From the NCBI GenBank assembly GCA_963832165.1, contig CAWHTE010000002.1, positions 288,001 through 352,000 on the forward strand: a stretch of 64,000 bases of DNA, read 5' to 3'. Origin of the DNA: an uncultured delta proteobacterium (GTDB lineage: Bacteria; Myxococcota_A; UBA9160; SMWR01). The notes under the pieces were generated by a model, which was not told where the DNA came from, did no database searches, and was given only the letters and a program-made list of their open reading frames with translations. A program made the position numbers and the translations under genes. Positions 48,907-60,255 of this stretch are shown piece after piece. Numbering within the stretch: the stretch's first letter is position 1; the number at the start of each line of letters is the position of its first letter.

Positions 48907-49959
48907 ATGTCCCTCACGACTCTCACCAGGAGTGCCGTGTTCGCGGCGGCCGCCATTCTCGTGGCGGTGCCCGCGGGTGCTCGCGACCAGATCCGGATCG
49001 TCGGCTCCTCGACCGTGTACCCGTTTGCGACCGCGGTCGCCGAGGAGTTCGGCCGCAACAGCAAATTCAAGACGCCGATCATCGAGAGCACCGGCACCGG
49101 CGGCGGAATGAAGCTGTTCTGCGCCGGCGTAGGCGTGCAGCACCCCGACGTCACCAACGCCTCGCGCCGGATCAAGCAGACCGAGGTCGATCAGTGCACC
49201 GCCAACGGCGTCAAGGCGATCACTGAAGTGAAGATCGGCTACGACGGGATCGTGATCGCGAACGCGAAGAAGTCGACGCGCTACAAGGTCACGCTGCAGC
49301 AGCTCTTCCTCGCGCTCGCGAAGCAGATCCCCGCGCCGGGTGGCGGACTGGTCCCGAACCCGAACAAGACCTGGAAGGACGTCGACCCCGCGCTGCCGAA
49401 CGTGAAGATCGAGGTGCTCGGTCCGCCGCCCACGTCGGGCACGCGCGACGCGTTCAACGAGCTCGTGATCGAAGGCGGCTGCAACGCGTATCCCGAGCTC
49501 AAGGCGCTCAAGGACAAGGACGAGGCCAAGTACAAGTCGATCTGCCTCGCCGTGCGCGAGGACGGCGCCTACGTCGAGGCGGGCGAGAACGACAACCTGA
49601 TCGTGCAGAAGCTCGTCGCGAATCCCAACGCACTCGGCGTGTTCGGCTTCAGCTTCCTCGACCAGAACACCGACCGGCTCCAGGGCAGCGTCGTCGGCGG
49701 CACGGAGCCCACGTTCGAGAACATCGCGAGCGGAAAGTACCCGGTGTCGCGCCCGCTGTTCATCTACGTGAAGAACGCACACGTCAAGTCGATCCCGGGC
49801 ATCCGCGAGTACGTGACCGAGTTCACGAGCGAGAAGGCGATCGGAGAGGAGGGCTACCTCTCCGAGCGAGGCCTGATCCCGGCGCCGAAGGCGGAGCGGG
49901 AGAAGTACCGCACCGACGCCACGAGCCTCACTGAACTGAAGATGACAGCGGGCAAATAG
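48907..49959 (+). CDS. pstS: Phosphate ABC transporter substrate-binding protein
   Basis: RDQIRIVGSSTVYPF, ESTGTGGG, GPPPTSGTRDAF, YPVSRPLFIYVK. Confidence 0.95.
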   Translation: MSLTTLTRSAVFAAAAILVAVPAGARDQIRIVGSSTVYPFATAVAEEFGRNSKFKTPIIESTGTGGGMKLFCAGVGVQHPDVTNASRRIKQTEVDQCTANGVKAITEVKIGYDGIVIANAKKSTRYKVTLQQLFLALAKQIPAPGGGLVPNPNKTWKDVDPALPNVKIEVLGPPPTSGTRDAFNELVIEGGCNAYPELKALKDKDEAKYKSICLAVREDGAYVEAGENDNLIVQKLVANPNALGVFGFSFLDQNTDRLQGSVVGGTEPTFENIASGKYPVSRPLFIYVKNAHVKSIPGIREYVTEFTSEKAIGEEGYLSERGLIPAPKAEREKYRTDATSLTELKMTAGK

Positions 49960-49965
49960 CGCCGG

Positions 49966-49996
49966 GCGCGGCGGGTCTGATACGGACCCGCCGCGC
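49966..49996 (+). other. Intergenic hairpin after pstS (mRNA stabiliser or attenuator)
   Basis: GCGCGGCGGGTC / GACCCGCCGCGC 12-bp stem, no U-tract. Confidence 0.6.
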
Positions 49997-50022
49997 GGCG
50001 CGAGCGCCCGGGAGCCCCCCCG

Positions 50023-51399
50023 ATGAGTGTGCTGGTCCTGCTCGCCGCGATCGCTGCACTCGCCGCGGGCGGGTTCGCGCTTGCGCGCGGCCGCGCACTC
50101 GCGGTGGTGGCGAACGGCGGCGCCCGCCTGCACTCGCTGCCCGGCTACTACGGGTGGTACGGCGCGCTCTGGAGCGCGATCCCCGGGCTCGTGGTGACCA
50201 CGCTCTGGCTCGGGGCCGCTCCCTCGGTTCTCCCCTCGCTCGCGTTGGCGCCCGGTGTGGCCGTGCCCGACGACCCCGCGCAGCTCGAGCTGTTCTGGAA
50301 CGACGTCCAGAACCTCGTGCGCGGCTACATTGCGCCCGAGAACGCGAGCGATGAGGTGCGCAGCACGGCTGCGCGCTACGTCGCCCTGCGCAAACGCGCG
50401 CTCACGGGTGCGCTCGCGCTCACGGTTCTGCTCGGGGTTGCGGGCGGGGCGATCGCGCTGCGTCGGACCCGCCCTGCGTTCGCCGCCCGCGTTCGCGTCG
50501 AGCGCTTCTTGCGCGGCGTGCTGCTCGCGAGCTCGACGCTCGCGATCCTCGTCACGATCGGCATCGTGTTGTCGCTCCTGTTCGAGACGGTCCGGTTCTT
50601 CGATGAGGTCGCTCCGAGCGAGTTCCTGTTCGGCACCCAGTGGAGCCCGCAGACGGCGATGCGCTCCGACCAGGTCGCGAGCTCGGGGTCGTTCGGTGCC
50701 GTTCCCGTGTTCGTGGGCACGCTCCTGATCACGGCGATCGCGATGGTGGTGGCGCTGCCGATCGGTCTGCTCTCGGCGATCCACATGACCTTCTACGCGT
50801 CGGCGCGCGCGCGCGACGTGCTCAAGCCCCTGCTCGAGATCCTCGCGGGCGTTCCCACCGTCGTCTACGGGTTCTTCGCCGCGCTCGTGGTGGCGCCTGC
50901 GGTGCGCGGCCTCGGCGCGTCCGTGGGGTTGTCGGTGGCATCCGAGAGCGCGCTCGCGGCGGGACTCGTGATGGGAATCATGATCGTTCCGTTCATCTCG
51001 TCGCTCTCCGACGATGCGATCACGGCCGTGCCGATCTCGCTGCGCGACGGCTCGTACGCTCTCGGGGCGACGCGCTCCGAGACGATCCGGCTCGTGATGA
51101 TTCCGGCCGCGCTGCCCGGCATCATGGGCGGGTTCCTGCTCGCGGTGTCGCGCGCGATCGGCGAGACGATGATCGTGGTGATGGCCGCGGGGCTCGCGGC
51201 CAACCTGTCGTTCAATCCGCTCGACGCCGTCACGACGGTGACCGTGCAGATCGTGACGCTGCTGACCGGCGACCAGGAATTCGACAGCGCGAAGACGCTC
51301 GCGGCGTTCGCACTCGGCCTCACGCTGTTCGTGGTCACGCTGTTTCTCAACATTGCGGCTCTGCGGATCGTGAAGCGCTATCGGGAAAAATATGACTGA
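50023..51399 (+). CDS. pstC: Phosphate ABC transporter permease
   Basis: LHSLPGYYG, KPLLEILAGVPTVVYGFF, SRAIGETMIV. Confidence 0.95.
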   Translation: MSVLVLLAAIAALAAGGFALARGRALAVVANGGARLHSLPGYYGWYGALWSAIPGLVVTTLWLGAAPSVLPSLALAPGVAVPDDPAQLELFWNDVQNLVRGYIAPENASDEVRSTAARYVALRKRALTGALALTVLLGVAGGAIALRRTRPAFAARVRVERFLRGVLLASSTLAILVTIGIVLSLLFETVRFFDEVAPSEFLFGTQWSPQTAMRSDQVASSGSFGAVPVFVGTLLITAIAMVVALPIGLLSAIHMTFYASARARDVLKPLLEILAGVPTVVYGFFAALVVAPAVRGLGASVGLSVASESALAAGLVMGIMIVPFISSLSDDAITAVPISLRDGSYALGATRSETIRLVMIPAALPGIMGGFLLAVSRAIGETMIVVMAAGLAANLSFNPLDAVTTVTVQIVTLLTGDQEFDSAKTLAAFALGLTLFVVTLFLNIAALRIVKRYREKYD

Positions 51400-52702
51400 C
51401 CAATCGCACGGAGCGCGCTGGTCCTCACCCGGGATGCAGGCGCACCTGCGCCGGCGCCACCGCGCCGAGCGCCGCTTCCGCCGCGCCGGCGCGATCGCGA
51501 TCGGGCTCGCGCTGCTCGGGCTCGCGACGCTGCTCACCAGTATCACGGCGAACGGCTGGACGGCGTTCCGGGCCACCGAGATCCAGTTGGACGTCGCTTT
51601 CGACCCGGCGGTGTTCGCGGGCGTGGCGGAGGCGTCGCCGGACGAGCGCCTGGCGCTGATCGCAGGCGCCGACTACGCGTTGCTCGTGCGCGACGCGCTG
51701 CGCGCGCAGTTTCCGGACGTGGAGGAGCGACTGGCGCTGCGCGAGCTGTCGAGCCTCTTGAGCTCGGGCGCGCGCAAGGAGTTGCGCGCGGCCGTGATGG
51801 CCGAGCCGGCGCTGATCGGCACCACGCGCTCGTTCTGGCTCCAGGCCGACGACGAAGTCGATCTCTACCGAAAGGGGCACGGCGCGGGCGACGTGCTCGA
51901 GGCCGATCGCAACCTCAGCGACGCGCAGCTCGCGTGGATCGATCAGCTTTCGGAGCGCGGGCGCGTTCGATCGGTGTTCGCCACCGGATTCCTGACCTCG
52001 GGCGATTCGCGTGATCCCGAGCTGGCCGGAATCTGGGGCGCGGTCGTCGGGTCGTTCCTCACGCTGGTCGTCACGCTCACTCTCGTGTTCCCGCTGGGCG
52101 TGTCGGCGGCGGTCTACCTGGAGGAGTTCGCGCCGCGCAATCGCTTCACCGATCTGATCGAGGTGAACATCAACAACCTCGCCGCCGTGCCTTCGATCGT
52201 GTTCGGTCTGCTCGGCCTCGCGGTGTTCCTGGGCTTTTTCGAGCTTCCGCGCTCGGCGCCGCTCGTGGGCGGGCTCACGCTCGCACTCATGACGCTGCCC
52301 ACCGTGATCATCACCGGGCGCGTGGCGATCGGTGCCGTTCCACCCTCGATCCGGGAGGCGGCGCGCGGGCTCGGAGCGTCCCCGCTCCAGGTGGTGCTGC
52401 ATCACGTACTGCCGCTGGCGATGCCGGGCATCCTCACGGGCACTATCATCGGGATGGCGCGCGCGCTCGGCGAGACGGCGCCCCTTCTCATGATCGGCAT
52501 GGTGGCGTTCGTAGTCGACATTCCCCACGGCATCGGCGACGCGGCGACGGCGTTGCCGGTGCAGATCTTCCTGTGGGCCGACAGTCCGGAACGGGAGTTC
52601 GTGGAGAAGACCTCGGGAGCGATCCTGGTCCTGCTAGGCTTCCTCATCGCTATGAATGGGACGGCGATCTGGCTGCGCCGCCGATTCGAAAAACGCTGGT
52701 AG
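51392..52702 (+). CDS. pstA: Phosphate ABC transporter permease
   Basis: [36 protein letters not shown]. Confidence 0.95.
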   Translation: MTDQSHGARWSSPGMQAHLRRRHRAERRFRRAGAIAIGLALLGLATLLTSITANGWTAFRATEIQLDVAFDPAVFAGVAEASPDERLALIAGADYALLVRDALRAQFPDVEERLALRELSSLLSSGARKELRAAVMAEPALIGTTRSFWLQADDEVDLYRKGHGAGDVLEADRNLSDAQLAWIDQLSERGRVRSVFATGFLTSGDSRDPELAGIWGAVVGSFLTLVVTLTLVFPLGVSAAVYLEEFAPRNRFTDLIEVNINNLAAVPSIVFGLLGLAVFLGFFELPRSAPLVGGLTLALMTLPTVIITGRVAIGAVPPSIREAARGLGASPLQVVLHHVLPLAMPGILTGTIIGMARALGETAPLLMIGMVAFVVDIPHGIGDAATALPVQIFLWADSPEREFVEKTSGAILVLLGFLIAMNGTAIWLRRRFEKRW

Positions 52703-52706
52703 CGTC

Positions 52707-53540
52707 ATGGCGGAGCCCCGCGTGGTTCGAGAGATCCGGATCGAGCAGCCGCAACCGCAGAGCCGCGTTGCACAGAACGGGTCCGCGGTGAAGATGCGGG
52801 CGCGCGGCGTCCACGTGTTCTACGGCGACAACCACGCGGTCCAGGACGTGGACCTCGACATCACGCGCGACGACGTCACCGCGCTGATCGGACCGTCCGG
52901 CTGCGGAAAATCGACGCTGCTGCGCTGTTTCAATCGCATGAACGACACGATCCCGGACTGCCGTGTCACGGGCGACCTCTATCTCGACGATCAGCCGATC
53001 TACGGCGCCGCGATGGACGTCGAACAGCTGCGCGCTCGCGTGGGCATGGTGTTCCAGAAGCCGAATCCGTTCCCGAAGTCGATCTTCGACAACGTCGCCT
53101 ACGGCCCGCTGATCCACGGTCTCGCGCGGAAGGGCTCCGAGCTCGAGGAGATCATCGAGCGCAGCCTCACGCGCGCGGGGCTCTGGGACGAAGTGAAGGA
53201 CCGTCTCGACGAGCCCGGCACGGCGCTCTCGGGCGGGCAGCAGCAGCGTCTGTGCATCGCGCGCGCGATCGCCGTCGATCCCGAGGTGATCTTGATGGAC
53301 GAGCCGTGCTCGGCGCTCGACCCGATCGCCACGGCGCGCATCGAGGAGCTGATCTACGAGCTGCGCGGCCGCTATGCGATCGCGATCGTCACGCACAACA
53401 TGCAGCAGGCCGCGCGCGTATCGCAGCGCACCGCGTTCTTCCACCTCGGCGTGTTGATCGAGCAGGGCCCGACCGACGAGATCTTCACCAATCCGCGCGA
53501 GCAGCGGACAAGCGACTACATCACGGGGCGCTACGGATGA
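52707..53540 (+). CDS. pstB: Phosphate ABC transporter ATPase
   Basis: [40 protein letters not shown]. Confidence 0.96.
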   Translation: MAEPRVVREIRIEQPQPQSRVAQNGSAVKMRARGVHVFYGDNHAVQDVDLDITRDDVTALIGPSGCGKSTLLRCFNRMNDTIPDCRVTGDLYLDDQPIYGAAMDVEQLRARVGMVFQKPNPFPKSIFDNVAYGPLIHGLARKGSELEEIIERSLTRAGLWDEVKDRLDEPGTALSGGQQQRLCIARAIAVDPEVILMDEPCSALDPIATARIEELIYELRGRYAIAIVTHNMQQAARVSQRTAFFHLGVLIEQGPTDEIFTNPREQRTSDYITGRYG

Positions 53541-54208
53541 GCCGTGCCTTCGACAGCGTCATCGAGGGATTGCGCGGAAACCTGCTGCGCATGGGCGGAC
53601 GCGCGGAAGCGATCCTGGACAAGGCGCTGCGCGCGCTCTGGGAGCGCGACGCCCGGCTCGCCCAGGAGGTGGCGCAGGACGACGTCGAGATCGATCGCCT
53701 CGAAGTGGCGATCGACGAGGGCGTGCTCAAGGCGCTCGCGCTCCAGGCGCCCGTGGCCGAGGACCTGCGCGAAGTGCTCGCGGTGAAGATGATCGCGACG
53801 GATCTCGAGCGCGTCGGCGACCTCGCGCGCAACATCGCCAAGAGCGCTGCGCGCAGCGCGACCAATCCCGCGCTGCCGTTTCCCGCGGCGTTGACCAGCC
53901 TCGCGCGCTCGGCGCAGCGCGTACTGCGGCGCTCGCTCGACGCATTCAGCCGCACGGACGCAGAGCTCGCGCGCGCGGTGCTCGGCGAGGACGACGCGAT
54001 CGATCGCGCACAGGACGAGGTGGTGCAGACGATGCTGCGCGCGCTCGAGCGCCAGCCCGGCGCGGCCTCCCAGGAGGTCGACCTGATCATGGTGGCCAAG
54101 CACCTCGAGCGCGTCGGCGATCACGCCACCAACATCGCCGAGGACGTGATCCTGGTGGCCGAGGCGCGCAACGTGAAGCACGCCGCGAAGCTGGCGCGCA
54201 ACAACTGA
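53537..54208 (+). CDS. phoU: Phosphate signalling protein PhoU
   Basis: [34 protein letters not shown]. Confidence 0.94.
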   Translation: MSRAFDSVIEGLRGNLLRMGGRAEAILDKALRALWERDARLAQEVAQDDVEIDRLEVAIDEGVLKALALQAPVAEDLREVLAVKMIATDLERVGDLARNIAKSAARSATNPALPFPAALTSLARSAQRVLRRSLDAFSRTDAELARAVLGEDDAIDRAQDEVVQTMLRALERQPGAASQEVDLIMVAKHLERVGDHATNIAEDVILVAEARNVKHAAKLARNN

Positions 54209-54267
54209 CGGCGACGGACTCGCGCGAGAGCTTCGACGCGGCACTCGATGCCGCGCTGCGCCGCGCG

Positions 54268-55215
54268 ATGGGCCGCGGGCTCGCGAACGCCACGCGCCTG
54301 TCGGGAGGCGCGAGCCAGGAGACCTGGGCGGTCGATGCGGGCAGCGGTGGGGAGACCGAGCCGCTGATCCTGCGCCGGCGGCCCGGCGGAGCGAGCGTCG
54401 CGGGCAGTGCGATGGCGCTCGAGCTCGCCACCGAGGCGCGCCTGATCGGGCTCGCCGCGCAGGCGGGCGTTCCGGTGCCCGAGGTGCGCTACGTGCTGAC
54501 ACCCGAGGACGGACTCGGCTCCGGATACCTGATGCAGCGCCTCGCGGGCGAGACGATTCCACGCAAGATCTTGCGAGATGCGGCCCTTGCGGACATCCGC
54601 CCGCACCTCGCGCGTCAGTGCGGCGAGATCCTCGCGCGCATCCACTCGGTGCCTCGAGCCTCACTGCCGGCGTTGCGGGTCGCGCCTGCGTCGACTCAGT
54701 GGCGCGAGTACCGCGACCTCTACGACGGCTTCGACTGGCCGCATCCCGTGTTCGAGCTCGCGTTCCGCTGGATCGAGGAGCGCATGCCCCTTGCCGAGCG
54801 CGCGCGCGACACGCTCGTCCACGGCGATTTCCGGCACGGGAATCTCATGATCGGACCCGACGGCGTGCGCGGCGTGCTCGACTGGGAGCTCGCCCATCGC
54901 GGCGATCCGCTCGAGGACCTGGGCTGGCTGTGCGTGAACTCGTGGCGTTTCGGAAACATCGACCTGCCCGTGGGCGGATTCGGCGAGCGAGCGGATCTGT
55001 TCGCGGGCTACGAAGCGGCCGGCGGCCAGCGTGTCGACCCGGAGCGCGTGCGTTTCTGGGAGGTCATGGGATCGCTCAAGTGGGGCATCATGTGCATGGT
55101 GATGCTCTCGGTATTCGAGCGCGGGATCGACCGCTCGGTGGAGCGCGCGGCGATCGGTCGCCGTTCGTCCGAAGCCGAGATCGATCTGCTCGCATTGATC
55201 GCAGGCGAGAGATAG
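54268..55215 (+). CDS. Phosphotransferase (APH-like) family protein
   Basis: LSGGASQETW, VHGDFRHGN, VLDWEL, DPLEDLGW. The start may be an in-frame CTG at 54205. Confidence 0.85.
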   Translation: MGRGLANATRLSGGASQETWAVDAGSGGETEPLILRRRPGGASVAGSAMALELATEARLIGLAAQAGVPVPEVRYVLTPEDGLGSGYLMQRLAGETIPRKILRDAALADIRPHLARQCGEILARIHSVPRASLPALRVAPASTQWREYRDLYDGFDWPHPVFELAFRWIEERMPLAERARDTLVHGDFRHGNLMIGPDGVRGVLDWELAHRGDPLEDLGWLCVNSWRFGNIDLPVGGFGERADLFAGYEAAGGQRVDPERVRFWEVMGSLKWGIMCMVMLSVFERGIDRSVERAAIGRRSSEAEIDLLALIAGER

Positions 55216-55217
55216 CG

Positions 55218-55589
55218 ATGCAGGATCGTCCCAGCACGGCGCAGCTCGTCGCGGCGGTGCGCGACTTCCTCGAGCGGGTCGCGCAGCCGCAGCTCTCGGG
55301 TCACAGCGCGTTTCACGCGCGCGTGGCCGCGAACGCGCTCGCGATCGTCGAGCGCGAGCTCGCGCTCGGCCCCGCCCAGGACGCCGCGGAGCGCGATCGC
55401 CTGCGCGCGCTGCTCGGCAGCGAGGGGACGCTCGAGGAGCACAACCGCGAGCTGTGTCGCGCGATCCGCGCCGGGGACATCGGCGTCGACACGCCCGGCC
55501 TGCTCGACCACCTGCGCGCGACGACGCTCGCGAAGCTCGCGGTCGATCAGCCGAACTATTCCGGATACCGGCGCGCGATCGAGAAGTAG
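55218..55589 (+). CDS. DUF6285-like protein (usual APH partner)
   Basis: MQDRPS..LVAAVRDFL, FHARVAANAL..REL, KLAVDQPNY. Confidence 0.75.
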   Translation: MQDRPSTAQLVAAVRDFLERVAQPQLSGHSAFHARVAANALAIVERELALGPAQDAAERDRLRALLGSEGTLEEHNRELCRAIRAGDIGVDTPGLLDHLRATTLAKLAVDQPNYSGYRRAIEK

Positions 55590-56234
55590 CTACTCGCCCG
55601 TTCCGTCGTCGGGGCCGAAGATCTGGAAGCTCTGCCGCGGAAGGATCTCGTGTACCGCGATCCGCTTGTAGCCGGCCTCGCGCATCTCGCGTTCGATCGC
55701 GTCGGGCGGGGTGTAGTGGCCGAATGTGCGCACGAACCCGCCTCCGCGCTCGTCGTACTCGACGACCGCGACGCGCCCGCTCGGGGCCAGATCGACGAGC
55801 ACGCGCCGGAAGTAGGCGGGCCGATCGGCGATGTGGTGGTAGGTGTCGCAGACGAACACGAGATCGATCTCGCCGTCCGGCAGCTTCGGATCGCCGAGCT
55901 CGCCGCGCACGACCTCGACGTTCGCAGCCCCGAGCTCGCGCGCGCGCTCCGTGAGGAAGTCGGTCATGTCGTCGTCGACGTCCACCGCGTACACGCGCCC
56001 CGATCGGCCCACGGCTTCGGCGAGGCGGAACGTGAAGTAGCCGCCGCCCGCGCCGAGATCGGCGACGCGGTCGCCGGGCCCGATCCCGAGCAGCGCGATC
56101 ACGGCGTCGGGCCGCTGCCATTCGTCGCGGCCGGAGCCCTCGTAGGCGTAGCGCTTTCCGGCGCCGCATCCGGTGCCCGGCAGCGCGAGCACCAGTGCGA
56201 TGACGAATCCGAGACGACGGGCAAAACGCTTCAT
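55590..56234 (-). CDS. Class I SAM-dependent methyltransferase with N-terminal export signal
   Basis: RDEWQRPD, VADLGAGGGYF, VYAVD, DTYHH. Confidence 0.85.
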   Translation of the reverse strand: MKRFARRLGFVIALVLALPGTGCGAGKRYAYEGSGRDEWQRPDAVIALLGIGPGDRVADLGAGGGYFTFRLAEAVGRSGRVYAVDVDDDMTDFLTERARELGAANVEVVRGELGDPKLPDGEIDLVFVCDTYHHIADRPAYFRRVLVDLAPSGRVAVVEYDERGGGFVRTFGHYTPPDAIEREMREAGYKRIAVHEILPRQSFQIFGPDDGTGE

Positions 56235-56284
56235 CGCGAGCTCAGCTTGGCACGGAGTCGCGCGAGCTGCTTCTCTCCCGTGGA

Positions 56285-56945
56285 ATGCCGCGCTGCCGCT
56301 CCGCCTGGCTCTCGCTGTGGATCGCCTTGCGCCTGGGCGCCGGCCCTCGCGCACGCGGAGCAGACCCGCGCCGATCAGGTTCCGCTCGGCGATCTGGTCG
56401 AGATCGTCGTGATGGAGGACGAGATTCTCGGGATCGATGGCGAGAGCGGTGGCACTTCGGTGGTGCGGAGGCGCCTCACCGAGCAGGTGCTCTGGAAGGG
56501 CTCTCGCGGCCGCGTAGGCATCGTGATCACCGATCAACGCGTGCTCGCGATCGCTCCGAAGACGGGCGGCTGGCAGGAAGCCGCCTACGAGCGCGGCGAG
56601 CCGCCCGCGCGCAGCGCCGAGCTCGGCGATCGCGTGGCGCTCGTGATCCTTCCGAAGCGGGTACTGGGATTCCTCGGCACCGTCGGCCGTTTCGTGCAGG
56701 TTCGGCTCGGCCCGCAGGAAGACCTGCGCGCTGTGCGCGTCGGCGCAAACGTGGCCGTGATCGTGACCGATCGCGTGGCGCTCGGGCTGTCTCCGCACGC
56801 CGGTGGGTTCTTCCCGATCCGTCTCCAGCTCAAGGAGCGGATCCACGAAGTGGCGGCGCGCTCGAACATGGCCACGGTGCAAACCGATCAGCGCGTGCTC
56901 GTGTTCCGCTCGTCGACGGGCACCTGGGCGGAGCGACGACACTGA
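56285..56945 (+). CDS. Exported hypothetical protein with internal beta-strand repeats; probable frameshift near 56330
   Basis: Signal MPRCRSAWLSLWIA shifts into APALAHAEQ...; repeats IVITDQRVLAI / LVILPKRVLGF / VIVTDRVALGL / TVQTDQRVLVF. Confidence 0.6.
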
Positions 56946-56959
56946 GCCCGGTATGAGGC

Positions 56960-58602
56960 CTACCAGCCCAACGCTGCCACGAGCGCGTGGTAGACGTAGC
57001 TCTGCTCCTGCACGCCGTGGAAGAGAGCTGCGCCGGGGCCGCCCGCGTAGAGCGGCACGTCCTCGCCGCCGTGGGACTCCGATTCGAGCGGCACGGTGCT
57101 CTCCTGGAGATAGCGCGGGTCGGCGGTGTCGACGCGCGAGAGATCGGGGCGGCCCGCGGCGATGCCCTTCACGCTGCGCGGACGTGCGGAAACCGCTTGA
57201 CCCCCTCGCGCTGCGAATCCGAGGCGCCCGTGTAGCCGGGTCCGTTCGCATAACCCAGCGTGGTGTAGGGGCGTCCGGTTGCGTCGAGCATCGGCTCGCC
57301 GTTCGGCTCGCCGCGCGCGTCGTTTCCGCGCACGAGGCCCAAAATCGGATTGCCGCGCGCGGGATAGCCACCCAGCGTGAAGGTGTGGCTGTGATCGGCC
57401 GTGACCACGACGAGCGTCTCGCGCAGGTTCACGCGGGAGAGCGCCGCGTCGACGGCGGCCGACAGCGCGACCGCATCGTGCAGCGCGAGATACGCACTCG
57501 AGGCGTGGTGGCCGTGATCGATGCGACCCGCCTCGACGAGCAGGACGTAGCCCTTGCGTTCGCGCGCGAGGCGATCGATCGCGATACCGGTCATCTCGGC
57601 GAGCGACGGCTCGCCCGCGCGATCGCGCGCGCGGTCGGTCTCGTACTGCATGTGCGAGGGCTCGAACAGCCCGAGCACCTGCGGAGTCTTCGCGAGATCG
57701 AGTGCGAACAGCTGTGCGCGATTCCACACGTACGCCCGACCCGGTCGCGCAGACTGCCAGGCGCCCGCGAGATCGCGGCCGTCGGCGCGCCGCCCGCGCT
57801 GATCCGGATACTCCGGATCGCGCGCGGTCGCGGGCAGGAACTGCGCGCGCCCTCCGCCCAGCGCCACGTCGACGCCGTCGCCCACCGGGAGCTCGACGAA
57901 CTGGCGCGCGATGTCGCGCTCCCCGGCGGCCGACGCGCCCGCGGGCAGGTCGGCGTCGCTCTCCCAGTCGCGGTGCGGGCTGTGGGCATAGGCGGCCGCG
58001 GGTGTGGCGTGGGTCAGCCGCGCGGTCGTGACGACCCCGGTCGCGACGCCGCGCTCCTCGGCCCACTCGAACAGCGAGCGCACCCGCTGCTCGGGCCGGC
58101 TCGGCACGCCGAGCGGCGCCGACGCATCCAGATCGATCACGCCGGCACGCGTCTTCACGCCGGTGAGGATGGCGGTCGCGGTACCCGCGGAGTCGGGCAC
58201 CTGCTGATTCGTGTCGTAGGTCTTGATCAGCGCGACGTAGGGCAGGCGCTCGAACGCGAGCGCATTCTCCTCGCCGGATTCACCGCGCAGCTGGCCCGCG
58301 AGGATGCGCGCCGCCGTGACGGTACTGACGCCCATGCCGTCGCCGATGAACACGATCGCGTTGCGCGCGCGCTCGCGCTGAGGATGGAGCGCGCGGGCCG
58401 CGGCGACCGCGGCGCGCCCCTGCTCGCGCCACGCGGCCGCAGAGTTGGGATCGCGCGGCCCAGCCCGATGGACTTCGCTCGCCTTCGTCTCGCTGCGCGA
58501 AACTTGCGCTCCCTGGGCGAAACTTGCCTCAGCAGGCAACACGAACGGCCCCAGCACGAGCAACGCCGCGCAGATCGCGCGTCGCCGCGTCGACTCGGAC
58601 AT
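56960..58602 (-). CDS. phoA: Alkaline phosphatase (PhoA superfamily); frameshift near 57180
   Basis: FIGDGMG, VPDSAGTATA, THATPA, VEAGRIDHGHH, VTADHSH, ESHGGEDV; RBS GAGGAGG. Confidence 0.9.
58466..58509 (-). repeat. Dispersed ~44-bp intragenic repeat, copy 3
   Basis: Reverse complement GCGCAAGTTTCGCGCAGCGAGACGAAGGCGAGCGAAGTCCATCG; an extra GCAAGTTTCGC lies at about 58517..58527. Confidence 0.85.
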
Positions 58603-58613
58603 GCCGATCCTCC

Positions 58614-59345
58614 TCATCGCGCCTTGCACACGCCCTGTGCGATCAGCTCGCGGCGCGCCTTGCCCGCCCAGTCGCGCTGCGCGAGCGGGCTCGCCGGGCT
58701 CGGATGCAGCACGCGCGCCACGCGCACGCGCGATCCGAGCACTTCGCGCGCGCGCCCCTCGGCAAACGTCCCCACGCCGACGACCCAGGTGGGCTCGAGC
58801 ACCTCGACCACGCGCAGGAGGTGGCGATCGCACGCGCGATAGAGCGCCTCGCGCTCGGCAGCGGGGAGCTTGTCGGGCGTGCGATTGCGGCCGCTCGCCT
58901 CGAGGAACAGCAGCGGGCAGTAGTTCGCGACGAAGTGGTCGGCGAAGAAGCGCGCCGCGGTGCCGAAATGACTCGCGATCGCCCCCCACAGCCGCGCGCC
59001 GCTGACCTCGCTGCGCGCACACGCAAATCCGTGCACGGGCCGCTTCGGGTGCTCGAAGGCCGGGCGGCCGACCGGGGCCTCGATGGCGAGGAAGTCCCGC
59101 ACCGCGCCGATCTCGCCGAATGGAACGCCGGTCTGCGCCATTCCGAAGGGGCCCGGGTTCATCCCGAGGAATACGACCCGCTTGCGCGAGCTCGCGTACG
59201 CGTCGAGGTAGGCGGCGTGCGCGCGGCGCGCGTAGTCGAGCGGGTCGTAGACGTGGGACACCGGCGCGGCGAAACGCAGCGCGGCGACGTCGCGCGAGAG
59301 ACGCGAGGCGGCGGTGCGCAGTGCGCGGGCGCGGGTGGCAGGCAT
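58614..59345 (-). CDS. SMUG1-family uracil-DNA glycosylase
   Basis: YDPLDYA, GMNPGPFGMAQTGVPFG, SEVSGARLW, NYCPL, HPSPASP. Confidence 0.92.
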   Translation of the reverse strand: MPATRARALRTAASRLSRDVAALRFAAPVSHVYDPLDYARRAHAAYLDAYASSRKRVVFLGMNPGPFGMAQTGVPFGEIGAVRDFLAIEAPVGRPAFEHPKRPVHGFACARSEVSGARLWGAIASHFGTAARFFADHFVANYCPLLFLEASGRNRTPDKLPAAEREALYRACDRHLLRVVEVLEPTWVVGVGTFAEGRAREVLGSRVRVARVLHPSPASPLAQRDWAGKARRELIAQGVCKAR

Positions 59346-59475
59346 GCGGTTCCGGGTGGACGCCCGTGCGTACCGCAGCCGGCTCGGGATCGCGAGGGGC
59401 ACCGCGCAAGACCGAGGCTGCACCCCACCGACGTGCGCGCTTCTCCGGCTACAGTACGGCCCGGGGTGAAATGGG

Positions 59476-60255
59476 ATGAACGCAGTCGCCGACGGAAGCG
59501 CACGGGTTCGGCTCGAAGACGTGCACCTGTCGGTTCGCGGCCATGCGATCTTTCGCGGCCTCTCCTGCAGGTTTCCGCGCGGCAAGATCTCGGTGATCCT
59601 GGGTGGCAGCGGCGCGGGGAAAAGCACCCTGCTGCGCATGATCGGAGGACTCGCGCGGCCACAGCGCGGCGTCGTCACCGTCGCGGGAGTCGATGTGAAC
59701 CGGCTCCCCGAGCGCGAGCTGTACGACGTGCGCCAGCGCATCGGCATGCTGTTCCAACACGGCGCACTGCTCGATTCGATGAGCGTGTTCGACAACGTTG
59801 CGCTGCCGCTGCGCGAGCACACCGACCTCGCCGCGAGCGACGTTTCGGCGGAGGTCGAGCGGCGCCTCGCTGCGGTGGGGTTGCCCGGAACCGGGGCGAT
59901 GTATCCGCGCGAGCTGTCGGGCGGCATGCTGCGGCGCGCTGCGCTCGCGCGCGCGATCGTGACCGACCCGGAGATCGTGCTCTGCGACGAGCCGTTCTCG
60001 GGCCTCGATCCGATCAACGTGCGGCGCATCGAGAAGCTGTTCGCGACGCTCAATCAGCAGCTGGGTCTCACGCTCCTGATCACGTCACATCACATTCCCT
60101 CGTCGCTCCGAATGGCCGACCAGATCGTGTTCCTGCTCGACGGAACGGCGATCGCGGGCGCACCCAAGGAGATGCGTCACCACGCCGACGCGCGAGTCGC
60201 GGGCTTCTTCGCGGCCGAGCTCGATGCGGACGCTGCTCCGGAGGGCGACGCATGA
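59476..60255 (+). CDS. mlaF: MlaF-like ABC ATPase
   Basis: GGSGAGKST, GMLFQHGALLDSM, LSGGMLRR, DEPFSGLDP. Confidence 0.88.
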   Translation: MNAVADGSARVRLEDVHLSVRGHAIFRGLSCRFPRGKISVILGGSGAGKSTLLRMIGGLARPQRGVVTVAGVDVNRLPERELYDVRQRIGMLFQHGALLDSMSVFDNVALPLREHTDLAASDVSAEVERRLAAVGLPGTGAMYPRELSGGMLRRAALARAIVTDPEIVLCDEPFSGLDPINVRRIEKLFATLNQQLGLTLLITSHHIPSSLRMADQIVFLLDGTAIAGAPKEMRHHADARVAGFFAAELDADAAPEGDA

